14,186 nucleotides of DNA from Macrostomum lignano. Its lineage: Eukaryota. Of this stretch, positions 1 through 9,857 are shown piece by piece. Position 1 is the first letter of the stretch, and every line of letters begins with the position of its first letter. The notes below the pieces were generated by a model. That model worked only from the letters and a program-made list of their open reading frames with translations, had not been told where the DNA came from and made no database searches. The DNA lies in NCBI GenBank assembly GCA_002269645.1, contig NIVC01000704.1:1-14186 (forward strand). Reading direction: 5' to 3'. A program made the translations under genes and the position numbers.

Positions 1-40
1 CAGGGCCTGCGCGCGGCCTGCCTTTCTTACTGCTGCTGCT
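1..40 (-). CDS. Possible internal exon of a neighbouring minus-strand gene, running off the window
   Basis: Minus strand reads atgtatttgctAG|agcagcagcagtaagaaaggcaggccgcgcgcaggccctg. This is an acceptor-like site followed by a GC/CpG-rich open frame (SSSSKKGRPRAGP). Too short to identify. Confidence 0.3.
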
Positions 41-116
41 CTAGCAAATACATATACATGGAAATGGGTATAATACCTCTGTTGAAGGGGCTTATATACT
101 CGTAATTTATTAAGCT

Positions 117-419
117 TAGAGATGTTCCAAAAATTCAATTTCCAAAATTTGAAATTTTTTAGAGCGAATTTCAATTCGAAAAAAAATTTAGAAGTGAAAA
201 TTTTGGTAGTGTCTAAAAAGTCGCTAAAATAAACTACTTTCTACTACATATACATGTATTACTTTTTGCTTAAGCAGTAAATTGAAAGTAAAAAAGTGAG
301 TGTTGATCATACTAAACTTTGTTTTTCTGAATTATGATTTCGGAAATTTCAATTTTGATTTTGGAAAGTTAGCGAATTTTTATTTGCGACGAAACTGCAG
401 ATCTTTCGGAACATCTTTA
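117..419. mobile_element. Candidate hAT-like MITE (about 300 bp)
   Basis: Imperfect TIRs: tagagatgttccaaaaa (117) and ctttcggaacatcttta (ends 419; reverse complement taaagatgttccgaaag). The 8-bp flanks match only 5/8 (attaagct/ataatcct), so the TSD is unproven. Confidence 0.5.
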
Positions 420-814
420 ATAATCCTAAAGCGCGGTAAAATAGTTTGACTCTTTTCTTAAAGCGCCGTCCGCCGGTTTTTAACATTTATTCAATAGGGA
501 GCATTGGCATTAGTTAATAGCATATATAATTATGAAAAAGCAAAGATTTATTTTTTTAAAATATACTAAATAGAATAGTAAATAATAGACTGTTGTGATA
601 CCAGATAACATTTTTATAAAATAAAATGTTTTTAACAAATCTCTGAAAGAATATAAATAGGAGCCTAGAGCAAGCCAAGAAGAATAACTTGACTTGTTAA
701 CTTATTGACTTGTTGCTTATGTTATGAGCTAGTAAACTAATAAAGTTGTTTGCATATTAAATTGCTATCTACAATGTTAAAAAGACTTGTTTATTTCTTT
801 ACATTAAAAAAAAT

Positions 815-873
815 GGCAGTTGTTAATATTACAATGATTGTATAAATAACAAAATGGCTATTTTTACGGTTAA
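815..873 (+). repeat. 59-bp dispersed repeat, inverted copy of 2703-2761
   Basis: Its reverse complement aligns without gaps to 2703-2761 at 47/59 identity. Of 12 differences, 11 are transitions. Confidence 0.8.
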
Positions 874-1310
874 TGCATAAGACACTATCTGGGCCTATGG
901 TTTTTATTTATGTAACCATATGAATAGCAAAACTGTTATTTTTATGGTTACCATAGGTAGGAAGCAAAATAGTTATTTTTATGGTTGTGTGGAAGAAATT
1001 TCAGTTAAATTACAATGTATAGTTAACAATTACCTAAGGTAAGCTACCATGACAGAATCCACTAAAAGTTATCATGGTATTTATTAATGATACATTTCTT
1101 TATTTTTTTAATTTAACCATTGTAGTATTTGCACCGCAAGTTCATCACTTTATTTAGGTAGTACTAGCAATCTTTGCCCCCAATAGGGGGCATCTAGATA
1201 GAATCTTTGGCTTTCTACAAGTATCAAAAAGACAGCCAAATAAAGCCTTCACATAGACAATAGAAAAACTGCTCAAATAAAGTGCAATGCAAAAATAAAA
1301 CATCCTAGGA

Positions 1311-1665
1311 CAGCAAGCAACCCCCCAGATAGCAAGCACCCCCAGATAGCAAGCATCTCCAGATAGCAAGCACCCCTAGATAGCAGGCACCCCAGATAGC
1401 AAGCATCCATCTAATAGCAAGCACCTTTAGATAGCAAGCACCCCTAGATAGCAAGCATCCCCAGATAGCAAGCATCTCTAAATAGCAAGCACCCCCAGAT
1501 AGTAGGCACCCCAGATAGTAAGCACCCCAAGATAGCAAGCATCCACCTAATAGCAAGCACCCTTAGAAAGCAAGCATCCCCAAATAGCAAGCACCTCCAG
1601 ATAGCAAGCATCCAATTGATAGCAAGTATCTATCTTAAATAGCAAGCATCCACCAGACAATAAGT
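1311..1665. repeat. Minisatellite A, about 20 copies of a 17-bp unit (ccccagatagcaagcac)
   Basis: Tandem agatagcaagca cores with variable C-runs. Variants are mostly C>T/G>A. Confidence 0.95.
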
Positions 1666-1751
1666 ATCTAGTGCAATAATTTCCTTAGCTTTATAGTGGC
1701 TACTTTATGATTGGCATGACACTTCTTTTTACGTTTGTAATTGTCTCTATT

Positions 1752-2095
1752 ATGTTTGACATGGTGGCTCTTTATTGTTTGATATGGTGGCTCTTTAATG
1801 TTTGATATGGTGGCTCTTTAATGTTAGACATCGTGCCAGTTTTATGTTTGACATGGTAGCTGTTTTGTATTTGACATGGTGGCTCTTTAATGTTTGACCT
1901 GGTGGCAAATTAATGTCTATAATGATGGCTCTTTAATGTTTGACATAGTGGCCCTTTAATGTTTGACATGGTGGCCCTTTAATGTTTGACATGGTGAATC
2001 TTTAATGTTAGACATGGAGTCACATATATGTTTGACATGGTGGCCTTTAATGTTTGAAATGGTGCCACTTTTGTTTGACATTGTGCTTCTTTTAT
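1752..2095. repeat. Minisatellite B, about 15 copies of a 23-bp unit (tgtttgacatggtggctctttaa)
   Basis: Tandem copies are directly visible and diverge moderately. Confidence 0.95.
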
Positions 2096-2139
2096 GTTTA
2101 GCATTTTGTTTTTAAGATGTTTTAATAAAAAATTATTTT

Positions 2140-2210
2140 GCACTACTAAGATTCAAACCCAGGTTGCTGAATTAGCAGTCTAGTCTGTTCGCATCTAGGC
2201 TATCTCTTGT
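2140..2210 (-). pseudogene. Degenerate tRNA-like sequence (pseudogene or SINE head)
   Basis: Minus strand: tagcctagatg (A-box-like), agactGCTaattc (anticodon loop-like), ctggGTTTGAATCttag (decayed B-box GTTCGAATC), tagtgc, then a T6 run. The acceptor stem does not pair well. Confidence 0.55.
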
Positions 2211-2702
2211 CGATTGGAGAACATGAATTGTGGCCCTTATAATTCAATCTTTCAGCAAGTCAGTTAGAGCAAAAAGTTATGACATAATCAATTTCTTAGT
2301 CAGCTAGTATCAGTCTCAATTTAAGTTAGCAATATGGTTACACAATTTAAATCAAGTTGTTGTGCATTTCTTCGGCACTGTTTTCAACTTGTTGTGATGC
2401 AATCTTATTAGAATTGAAATTCAGTCAGTCAGGTTTTTTCTAGCATTCTTACAATGCATTTCAGGTCAAAAGAACTGCTTGAACTTTGCAAAAAATCATG
2501 TTTTCAATATTTAATCCCTTTAATATTGAGCAATTTCTTAGCCAAGATGCACGAACTGTCCCAGGAAATTTTCTGATTGAATAATGCAAGTTTGAAGAGA
2601 ATTGGTTGAGCCATTCTTGAAAAAATCAATTACACGCATGCACGCACAAATACAGTGCAAAATTAGTATATAGATTTAGGATTTTTAGATTTGTTTTAAA
2701 TG

Positions 2703-2761
2703 TTAACTGTAAAAATAACCATTTCACTATTTATATGGTTACCGTAATAATAACAACTGCC
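2703..2761 (-). repeat. 59-bp dispersed repeat, inverted copy of 815-873
   Basis: 47/59 ungapped identity to the reverse complement of 815-873. Confidence 0.8.
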
Positions 2762-3871
2762 TAAAAATAATAGTAGGATCATTGCAAAAGGTAGGGCCTA
2801 GACTTAAATCACAGTTACAATTTTAATTTAGTGTCATTATTAGGATTTTAATAAAGAATAAAGAAAACAAGGAGCATTGTAACAACTTTGATGGTAGCTT
2901 TAAAAAAATATAGAATAAGAATAAGAAATAGTCCTATCACATTAAGAACATTAGAATTTGTGAGTAAAAAGTTAGCAGTAATAGAAATGTTAACAATAAC
3001 ACAAGCTAAATATTATTTTTTAAAGTGGTAGGGCCTAGGTCCCTAACTTAGGTAAGAACTAAAAAGTTAAGTTACAACTTATAGTAACATGATAAAGATA
3101 AGTTTTTTTCAAGGAACTTATCCAACAATGCAAATTTTAACCCCTGAAAAGTATGTCAAAGACAAATTCAAAGGTTAGACAAAAATTACAAAAATAATAA
3201 GATATGGGCAGCATGGGCCTAGTAGCCTAGGCTTAGAAAATATTTAAAAAATTAAAACATATTTTTTTAATGGCATAGGCGCTTAGCCCTATCCTATTTT
3301 AGTATTATTAGCAGACCAAAAACAAAACTAACATGAACAATAACATAACTACACTCAGACACAGACTCAGTAGTCCTGATAAGTGATAATTGATAAATGT
3401 TTTTAAAAAAGATCTACAACAAAGTTCGGTAAATACACCTTATTATTAGGTTGCAACTATTTATTTGTATCTCAGTCGGTCAATGTTAATCCTACTACCA
3501 TGACTCATTTAGCTTATAGCTGCGAAGGCTAATGTAGCTCACTAGCTGCGCAATGCGCATGATCGATAGCGCAAATACCTGGATGCATGCATGCGCCTAA
3601 AAAATGAATTGATTAAGCATATTTAAATAAAGCGTTAACTTAAACATAAACAACTTTTTTCAATTATGACGCATCCTTAATTTTAAAAATATGCTGCTTC
3701 TTTCAAAATGTATGTTTTATATTGTAATTGGTTTAGGCATATTTACTTTTTTTTGCACACGGTACTAACTGTTGACTACTGTTACAAGATTAATTTGAGC
3801 TCTTAATTTCACGGGAATACCATGGATTGTTCATAGATTTACCACGTGAAAGCCCTGGATGTCTCGTAGAT

Positions 3872-5281
3872 TTGTTGTTGTTGTTTTTGTTAAACGAAAG
3901 GGTCCTAGGGGACCCGCGGATCAGCCCTGGGGTGGGCTCTGCCGCGAGGGGCACTTCCAGGGGCCAAGGCATTAGCTGTCCAGGGCCCGAGATACCCCAT
4001 GAATACATTGGGATTGGGCCCAGCTTAAAGCTAGGGAAAGGGCGAGTTGACCCAAGCCTACGGTACAAGACACCGCCAACCCAAACAGTGGAATCAGGGA
4101 CGGTGCTAGGACCGAGTCCACCCAGGCCACCCCCCAGCCAGCGAGTCCTTGGGAGTGCGCAGAAAAATTGGAGAGCGAAATGCTTGAAATACTACTTGAA
4201 AAAAGCGGTCCGAGTGAGGAGTTACTCCTAAACCTGCGGAAATGGCTTAAACTATTGGAGCGAGTCTGGGCAGCTATTTACCAAGAGCGATCCTATACAG
4301 CTTGGCCTGTAGGTCTCGAGCCTCAAGGCTTTTCACTACCCAGCTCTATATTGGAGTGAGTCTGGAAGGCTTGTATCCGAGGGGGAGACTCTAGGCGGAC
4401 ATGGCAACACCTCTATTGCTACCAACCCAAGGGCATCGCCTATCCAGCTCATTATTGGGGGCCAGGCCAAGGGGTCGGGAGAAGAGGCACCCAGGGCAAG
4501 AGGACTCCGGACTCAGCCGGTTGTCCCCGGTACGGGACGAACATCCTTCCAGGACACCAATCCACTGTCAGGATGAGAGCCAGAGACACGCAAGCAGGGA
4601 CCTTCAGCAGGAGCCAGGAGATGGACCCGAGGACAGGGCAAGATGGACCGGGCAAGGGCAGAGCTCATAACTCCGAGAATTGGAAGGCTTCTATTGGCCA
4701 GATAAAAGATTAAAAGAATAAAAAGCCACAAAGGCACAAAGCTAGGGATAAAACAGCGCTGGGATGCCAGCCCAGAAAAAGATTGGCAGAAGGGAGGAGC
4801 ACCATAGCCCTAGAGCAGGCAGCTTGCCGACCTGCAGCCCGGGTGCTCAGCCTCAGGGCTGGCATGCTACTGGGTCTACCGTACACCTTTGTGAATTGGT
4901 CATTTTCTTTCCTGCAGGGCGGGTACGACCGGGGGGCTCAGTCCCGTCCTAGCCACACTGCAGTCCAGAGAACCAACTCACTCCGGGCACCACCCCCCCT
5001 AAACCAAGGCCGAGGGCCAAATAATTGGAATGTACACCTAAGAAAGATAGGGTTTATTTTTAGAACAGGCACAGCCCCTCCGGGGCGGACCCTTAGAAAT
5101 TGGCATAGCCAATCGGATTGCGCACAACCCTTAGACAAGCTGCCAGAAGGCAACCAGGGTAAAAACAGTCAGAGACCGTCTTTACGGCATTTGGGCATTT
5201 GCGTTAAAATAACTGATCAAAGCTGTTGGCCATAAGGTGCTCACCTAACCGTAGGAGCGTATTGCCAGGGCCCGGGGATCC
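3872..5281. mobile_element. Unclassified GC-rich 1.4-kb insertion, probably a decayed retroelement fragment
   Basis: Sharp GC rise in AT-rich DNA, a (TTG)n/(AAC)n tract at 3872-3891, broken ORF-like frames, and similar ends agggtcctaggggaccc (3899) and agggcccggggatcc (5267). No RT, transposase or integrase motif recognised. Confidence 0.45.
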
Positions 5282-5299
5282 AAGTAAGAGTATATATAA

Positions 5300-6110
5300 T
5301 CAGTGGATTTCGTACGAAATAATTCTGTGTGGTTTTTTATTACGATCGAATGCTTGCAACTACATAGATTTCACATCCAAGTTCCTGGTAATTCGTATGA
5401 ATACATCGCGGGCAGTTTTCGAAAGTGCTGCATGAACATTTAGCTAGATCTGCAGTATATTAACATCATTTTATCATCAGCCGCTCATTTTTAAAGATGG
5501 AGTCGTTTTCTCTAAAGCCAGTAAAGCCAGTAAACTTCAACTTACAATTTTACAATCCTCTAAATCATGAATCCATTATCTACGAGCGTAGCATTGGAGC
5601 CGACGACTTACAATTGTCTTAGTTCCATTAGGGATGAAAAAATGGAAACTCGCGTGATCGAGAAGGAAATAGCTAGCTTTCGGGAATAAAAGCTTTTGTA
5701 TGCGCGTTCAACGAGCTTCAGTGCTTTCGCAACAACGCGGAAGTGTAGGCGGGATGTGGATGAGTAATCGCGGGGAAGGGAATTAGAGATTGTGGAAAAT
5801 AACCTTACAAATCCTGTTGGCCGGAACGCTGTCGCATCAGTACCTATTATGCAATAGATAGTTTAATTTTCGATGGTTAGATCCGTACATGTGTAGTAAA
5901 TGTTACCAGCAGCATACTTTGACCCTATCATTGTACATATGTAGTTCTTTTAGGACTGGTCGCGGACCATCAATTACTATATAAGAAAGCAGAATTAATT
6001 ACATCCAGAACCGCGTTACACTCGCAAATCTTACGAACAAGGACCACTAGAAGTAACCGTTACGAATTACTGCAGTCCAGACTGTTTTTGCTGCAAATTG
6101 CATTCGGCAG
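5300..6110. promoter_or_regulatory. CpG-retaining island, candidate (bidirectional) promoter
   Basis: About 40 CpG in about 840 bp of AT-rich DNA, against 2 CpG in 11041-12000. ETS-like CGGAAGTG (5738) and E2F-like GGCGGGA (5748) motifs are present. Confidence 0.5.
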
Positions 6111-6461
6111 ATAGTTAGATTTTCTAAGCAAATTAAAATTTAACTTATAATAAACATGTGAAATACTGTCAATTTTAGAAATTATAAGCGGTAATCTAAT
6201 TATAAGACATTAGCCTGAGTATAAGATTTGTTGTAATGAGTAGGTTGCTTTTTTCAAAACATCATTTTAAAATAATCATTTTCTGCGAAATTTATATTCG
6301 CATTCTTATTGCAAGCTTACTATACTAGCCTAGTTCAAGTCTACTGTCTACTTCTCGGAGCTAAAGTAATCATTAAATGCCAATGATCAGCATTGACTTA
6401 CTTTATAAGAATCAGCTGAATTTAAGAGGCAGGGGGTATGTTTATTGTTGGATATACAGTA

Positions 6462-6885
6462 TACTCAGCAACAGCTAAACCCCCCCCCCCCAACTCACGC
6501 TGTCACACGGGCACAAAAGTTAAGCAATGTCTTTAATTCTAGTCTCAGTATCGTGTGTAGGAACCACGAGCATGCAAAAGTGCCGTGACTCGTCGTGGCA
6601 TCCTGATCACCAGCAGGTTGATGAACTCTTGGGGCAGCTGCTGCCAGGCATTCAGCACCGCCAGTCGCAACTGTTCGGCATTCTGTGGGGCATCCTGCTG
6701 AACTCTTCGCTTTACAAAGTCCCAGACATGTTCGATGGGATTCATGTCTGAAGACTTTGACGGTCAGTTCAATTTGAATGTGCGAATGCTGAGCTGCTTC
6801 CGAGTCACCGATGGCATACAAAACTTTTGGGCCGTGTGACAGTGACAGCGTGAGTTGGGTGGGGGGTTTTGGCTTTTGCTGAGTA
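6462..6885 (-). mobile_element. Internally deleted Tc1-family transposon (424 bp)
   Basis: TIRs of about 60 bp (tactcagc...caactcacgctgtcacacgg...aaaagtt at 6462-6521 and its reverse complement at 6822-6885). TA flanks both ends. A transposase C-terminus lies inside. Confidence 0.92.
6545..6817 (-). pseudogene. Tc1 transposase remnant
   Basis: MPSVTRKQLSIRTFKLN*PSKSSDMNPIEHVWDFVKRRV...NAWQQLPQEFINLLVIRMPRRVTALLHARGSYTRY matches the Tc1 WPxxSPDLNPIExxW...GGxTxY pattern. The conserved W is now TGA (6764-6766) and the rest of the DDE domain is absent. Confidence 0.9.
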
Positions 6886-6927
6886 TATTACCATTTACCA
6901 ACAAAGTATCGTATCAATACTAGTAGA

Positions 6928-8530
6928 TCTGATTTTAGGGAAAGTTTTCAGAATTTTTTTAACATTTGAGTATAACTTTTTATCTGGAATGTTCTAGAAC
7001 TTTTTCATGGGTAAAAATAGGGTGAACAATTGTACCCTGCAACTACACTGTATGGATTGAACCTTGCTTCAGCTGCGCAGCACTAATATGGTGCAATCTA
7101 ACCCTTTGACAAAACATCAGCTTCGGCTCTTGATGCTGTTGCTGAATGATTTCCTTTGTGGCAAGAAAGTGGCAAATTTCATTGCTGACATCAACATTGC
7201 ATTCGGCTCGTCTACCATCAAGACCTCTTTGGGGTACAATAGGTACAAGTACAAGTGCTTCAAGAATGGAGAACTGGGCCTTGAAACAGACCTTGCAATG
7301 GGCATCTACCTGAACTCAATAATGATACCCTAGAAGCCCTCCTTGTGGAGAACAATCAGCAGACAACAGGTGAGTTGGCTGATGAGCTGAATATGCACTA
7401 GATGGCTATTGTCAATCATCTCTGCCAGATATAGATGAAAGCTAAACTTGGGTGTTGGGTGCTGCACAAGCTGGTAGCCATGACCTGGATAGCCGCATAG
7501 AAGTTACCCATTCTCTCTGCTGCTAGCCTTTGGTTGGGAGGTTCTTTTCCATCCACCTTATAGCCCAGATATTGCACTTACCAACTACCACCTTTTTGCT
7601 ATGCTCAGCCAGTCTATGGCTGATCACAGCTTCAAGGATGAGGACTTAGAGGTCGAGGAGCATCTGCATGACTTCTTTGACTCCCAAAGCTCCAAGTATC
7701 CTAGAGCTGTCACAGATCTTGACAAGACAAGATTTGAAACAAGATCTCAACATTTTTTCTTGTCTCGAGAAATCTCAAATTTTGTCAAGAAATTCGCAAC
7801 AAGATTCAAGAATTTTTCTGATACCTTTTTTCAAAAGCTTTTAAGTGATAAGATATAAAAAGGGGAGCAAATTTTCATATAAATACAACTGTTTGTTGTA
7901 ACACGCTTGATAGGGTAATTTTCAAATGGTAAAATAAAATCTAGCCAATGTCGAGCAATTATTTAACAAACATCGTTATATACGAGTTTGCATTGCATAT
8001 GCGCTCTTTTAGTTATCATTTCAGTTCTGCAGCAAGGTGTATCATAGCAGACTTGAAGACAATCTACACAGGTCTTTTGACAAATTAGTAATAGACATAG
8101 TAGGGCCAAGGGCCTATATGCTACAAGCATAAATTCTTATAAATAAATAGCAAAGAATTTAAACTAGAATTAAGAAAGTATTCTGGAAAATCTAAAAAAT
8201 AAATTTTAGAATTGTATCTTATCAAGAAATTTAAGACAAGATAAGGCAAGATAAGAGCAAGACAAGATGCAATTCTGAAATATATTTTTTAGATTTACTT
8301 TGTCTTGTCTCGTCTCAAAATTCTCGACTTATAAGCCTTTCTTGTCTCGAATCTCATCTCAAATAAAATCTCTAATTTTGACAGCTCTAGGGTATCTATT
8401 CTCTGCATGCACATTGGCACAATATTATTGCTTCTGATAGAGATTATATTGAATACTAATAAATTAATAATAATAATGATAGTTTGAAGTGAAATGACTT
8501 AATATCTGAGAACTTTCACTTACAATCAGA
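6928..8530 (+). mobile_element. Decayed mariner transposon interrupted by a nested MITE
   Basis: TIRs tctgattttagggaaagttttcaga (6928) and tctgagaactttcacttacaatcaga (8505-8530, then TA), 22/26 matching. Transposase remnants: HTH region (NDFLCG...DINIAFG...FKNG), TTGELADELN...KLGCWVLHKL (WVPHEL motif), FGWEVLFHPPYSPDIALTNYHLF (YSPDLAP motif), and after the MITE GIYSLHAHWHNII...DYIEY*. It has stops, frameshifts and an internal deletion near 7527. Confidence 0.88.
7702..8389. mobile_element. hAT-type non-autonomous element (688 bp) nested in the mariner
   Basis: Perfect 11-bp TIR tagagctgtca/tgacagctcta. The diverged 8-bp TSD aagtatcc/gggtatct differs by 3 transitions. Subterminal agacaaga/tcttgtct(cg) repeats occur at both ends, and mariner coding sequence resumes right after it. 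Confidence 0.85.
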
Positions 8531-9132
8531 TAGTAGTAGTATGTATACTTAATGCAGTGTTCATAGCATTAGCATATAGCAGAGTTGACAATAGCCAACA
8601 ATATAGAATATTTATAGAAGTGATTGTTTGTATTAGTAAAATGTTAGTATTAACAGCCCTTTGAATGTATTATTATCACTATTTTCTCTTACAAGAATTT
8701 GGCTAAAAAGATGAAGACACTGCATTATGGAGTCTGATTTGGAAAAAAGTGCAAGATTTCTGTTTTTATATGTTAACTTTAACAGATTATGCTTATTAAT
8801 AATTAACTTAACTGATGTAGGGGTTACTTCTGTCTTTATAAATAATCTCACAATGCCACCAAAGCTATTGCAGGGCTAATTCCTATACTTAATTTAATTA
8901 ATGTATTTTTGCACAAATGTACTTATAATTATTGGTAGTATGACTATTCCTCTATCTACTTCTATATTGGTAGCGTCTACTTATCTTATTAGTAGCATCT
9001 GTACATATACTGTACTCTTTGGTCTGAGTGGTCTAATGGCACTGTCTACAAGTACTCTATTTACTCCTATAAGTTTTCTCTCAGTCCTGGGCATTCCCTG
9101 GATCAGAGGGTCATAGCCTTATGCATTTTCCT

Positions 9133-9195
9133 TGCCCTGAGGTGCTTTTCCTGCCCTGAGGCAGTTATATAGTCTATAGGGTTATTGCCCTGAGG
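9133..9195. repeat. Three copies of tgccctgagg, possibly subterminal motifs of an old DNA transposon
   Basis: Exact 10-mers at 9133, 9152 and 9186. No termini found. Confidence 0.5.
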
Positions 9196-9830
9196 CAATT
9201 CTCGCTCCTTAGCATTCTCTAATTCTCCCAATAGGGGCTTAAACTTTAGAAAATGAAAAAGTCAATTTGAACAACTGCTTTTTAAGATTTAGTAAGGACT
9301 TATTAAACTTTGCTTGCAATTGGAAGCTCAAAACAAGTTGCTTCATTTGGCCCACTCAGGCCTCTATTTATATCAATATTTATTGCAGTTTAAAACAAAT
9401 ACTAATTGTGAGAATATTTTTGCAAATCACAACATTTAAACAAAGGTTAGTATTTTAGCGCAAATTTGAAAAATGGTTTTCTTCAAAATAGGCCTATAAT
9501 AGGCAAAATGAGTAAATTTAAAACATTTGTACGTATTATAAGTGCCCTTCCTCATAAAAAATTAAGTGTTTATAAGTTAAAGTTTTTGTGTTTCAATGTT
9601 AACACTTTTGCCATTAACAGAGGTTATGATTTTCATTAACAGTGCCCAACACTGCTTATATATTGATTGACAATAGAGTCTAAGACTAAGGTTGTAATCA
9701 TTTGATTGCAGAATTGGGAACTTTATTATAGCTTTTGAAAATTTGCTACAGAACATTTTGTATAGAAAGAATTTATTAATATTATATTTGAAAATATATT
9801 TTATTGCAAAATTTTAGAATTAGAATTTGT

Positions 9831-9857
9831 AATAATAATAATAATAATAATAATAAT
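9831..9857. repeat. (AAT)9 microsatellite, the 3' tail of the RTE
   Basis: Abuts the RTE 3' UTR and overlaps the left TSD. Confidence 0.9.

Larger units (their letters stand above)
1668..2674 (-). mobile_element. Possible non-autonomous Helitron-like element carrying satellite B
   Basis: Minus strand starts a|TCTATATAC at 2674 and would end in CTAG at 1668. A decayed hairpin-like stretch (ccttagctttatagtgg) sits near the CTAG. The segment ...gagccattcttgaaaaa...cacgcatgcacgcac...tatatagat resembles termini of invertebrate non-autonomous Helitrons. The left flank base is T rather than the expected A. Confidence 0.4.

Noticed and set aside
1305-2095. Regular short repeats resembling a CRISPR array; ORFs 1154-1369 and 1305-1556
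   Set aside because: Head-to-tail units have no unique spacers, the context is eukaryotic, and there are no cas genes. The 1305-1556 ORF is a satellite translation, and 1154-1369 shows no recognisable motif.
3900-4000. HDV-like ribozyme (gcc-cctcgc-ggc-agagccc on -, or GGGCTCT/AGGGCCC pairing on +)
   Set aside because: Neither orientation gives the full P1/P3/P1.1/P4/P2 order. The P1 partner or the L3 and GG consensus is missing.
4513-4760. Minus-strand AFVAFYSF...CPVHL suggesting a DIRS tyrosine recombinase
   Set aside because: No catalytic R or HSxRxG motif follows, and the frame is broken.
3835-5400. Weak similarity between 3835-3868 and 5362-5397 (catagattt...cctgg...tcgta) as a TSD or LTR
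   Set aside because: It needs several gaps, is mostly mismatched beyond 9 bp, and does not abut the insertion ends.
7378-7400. CTGATGA hammerhead core
   Set aside because: It lies within mariner coding sequence (ADE), with no matching stems or GAAA.
7064-7858. ORFs 7064-7333 and 7601-7858 as host genes
   Set aside because: They are mariner fragments. The second reads through into the hAT MITE.
8633-9458. Short ORFs at 8633-8851, 8901-9116 and 9267-9458
   Set aside because: They use non-ATG starts, have AT-rich or decayed composition, and show no domains or splice context.
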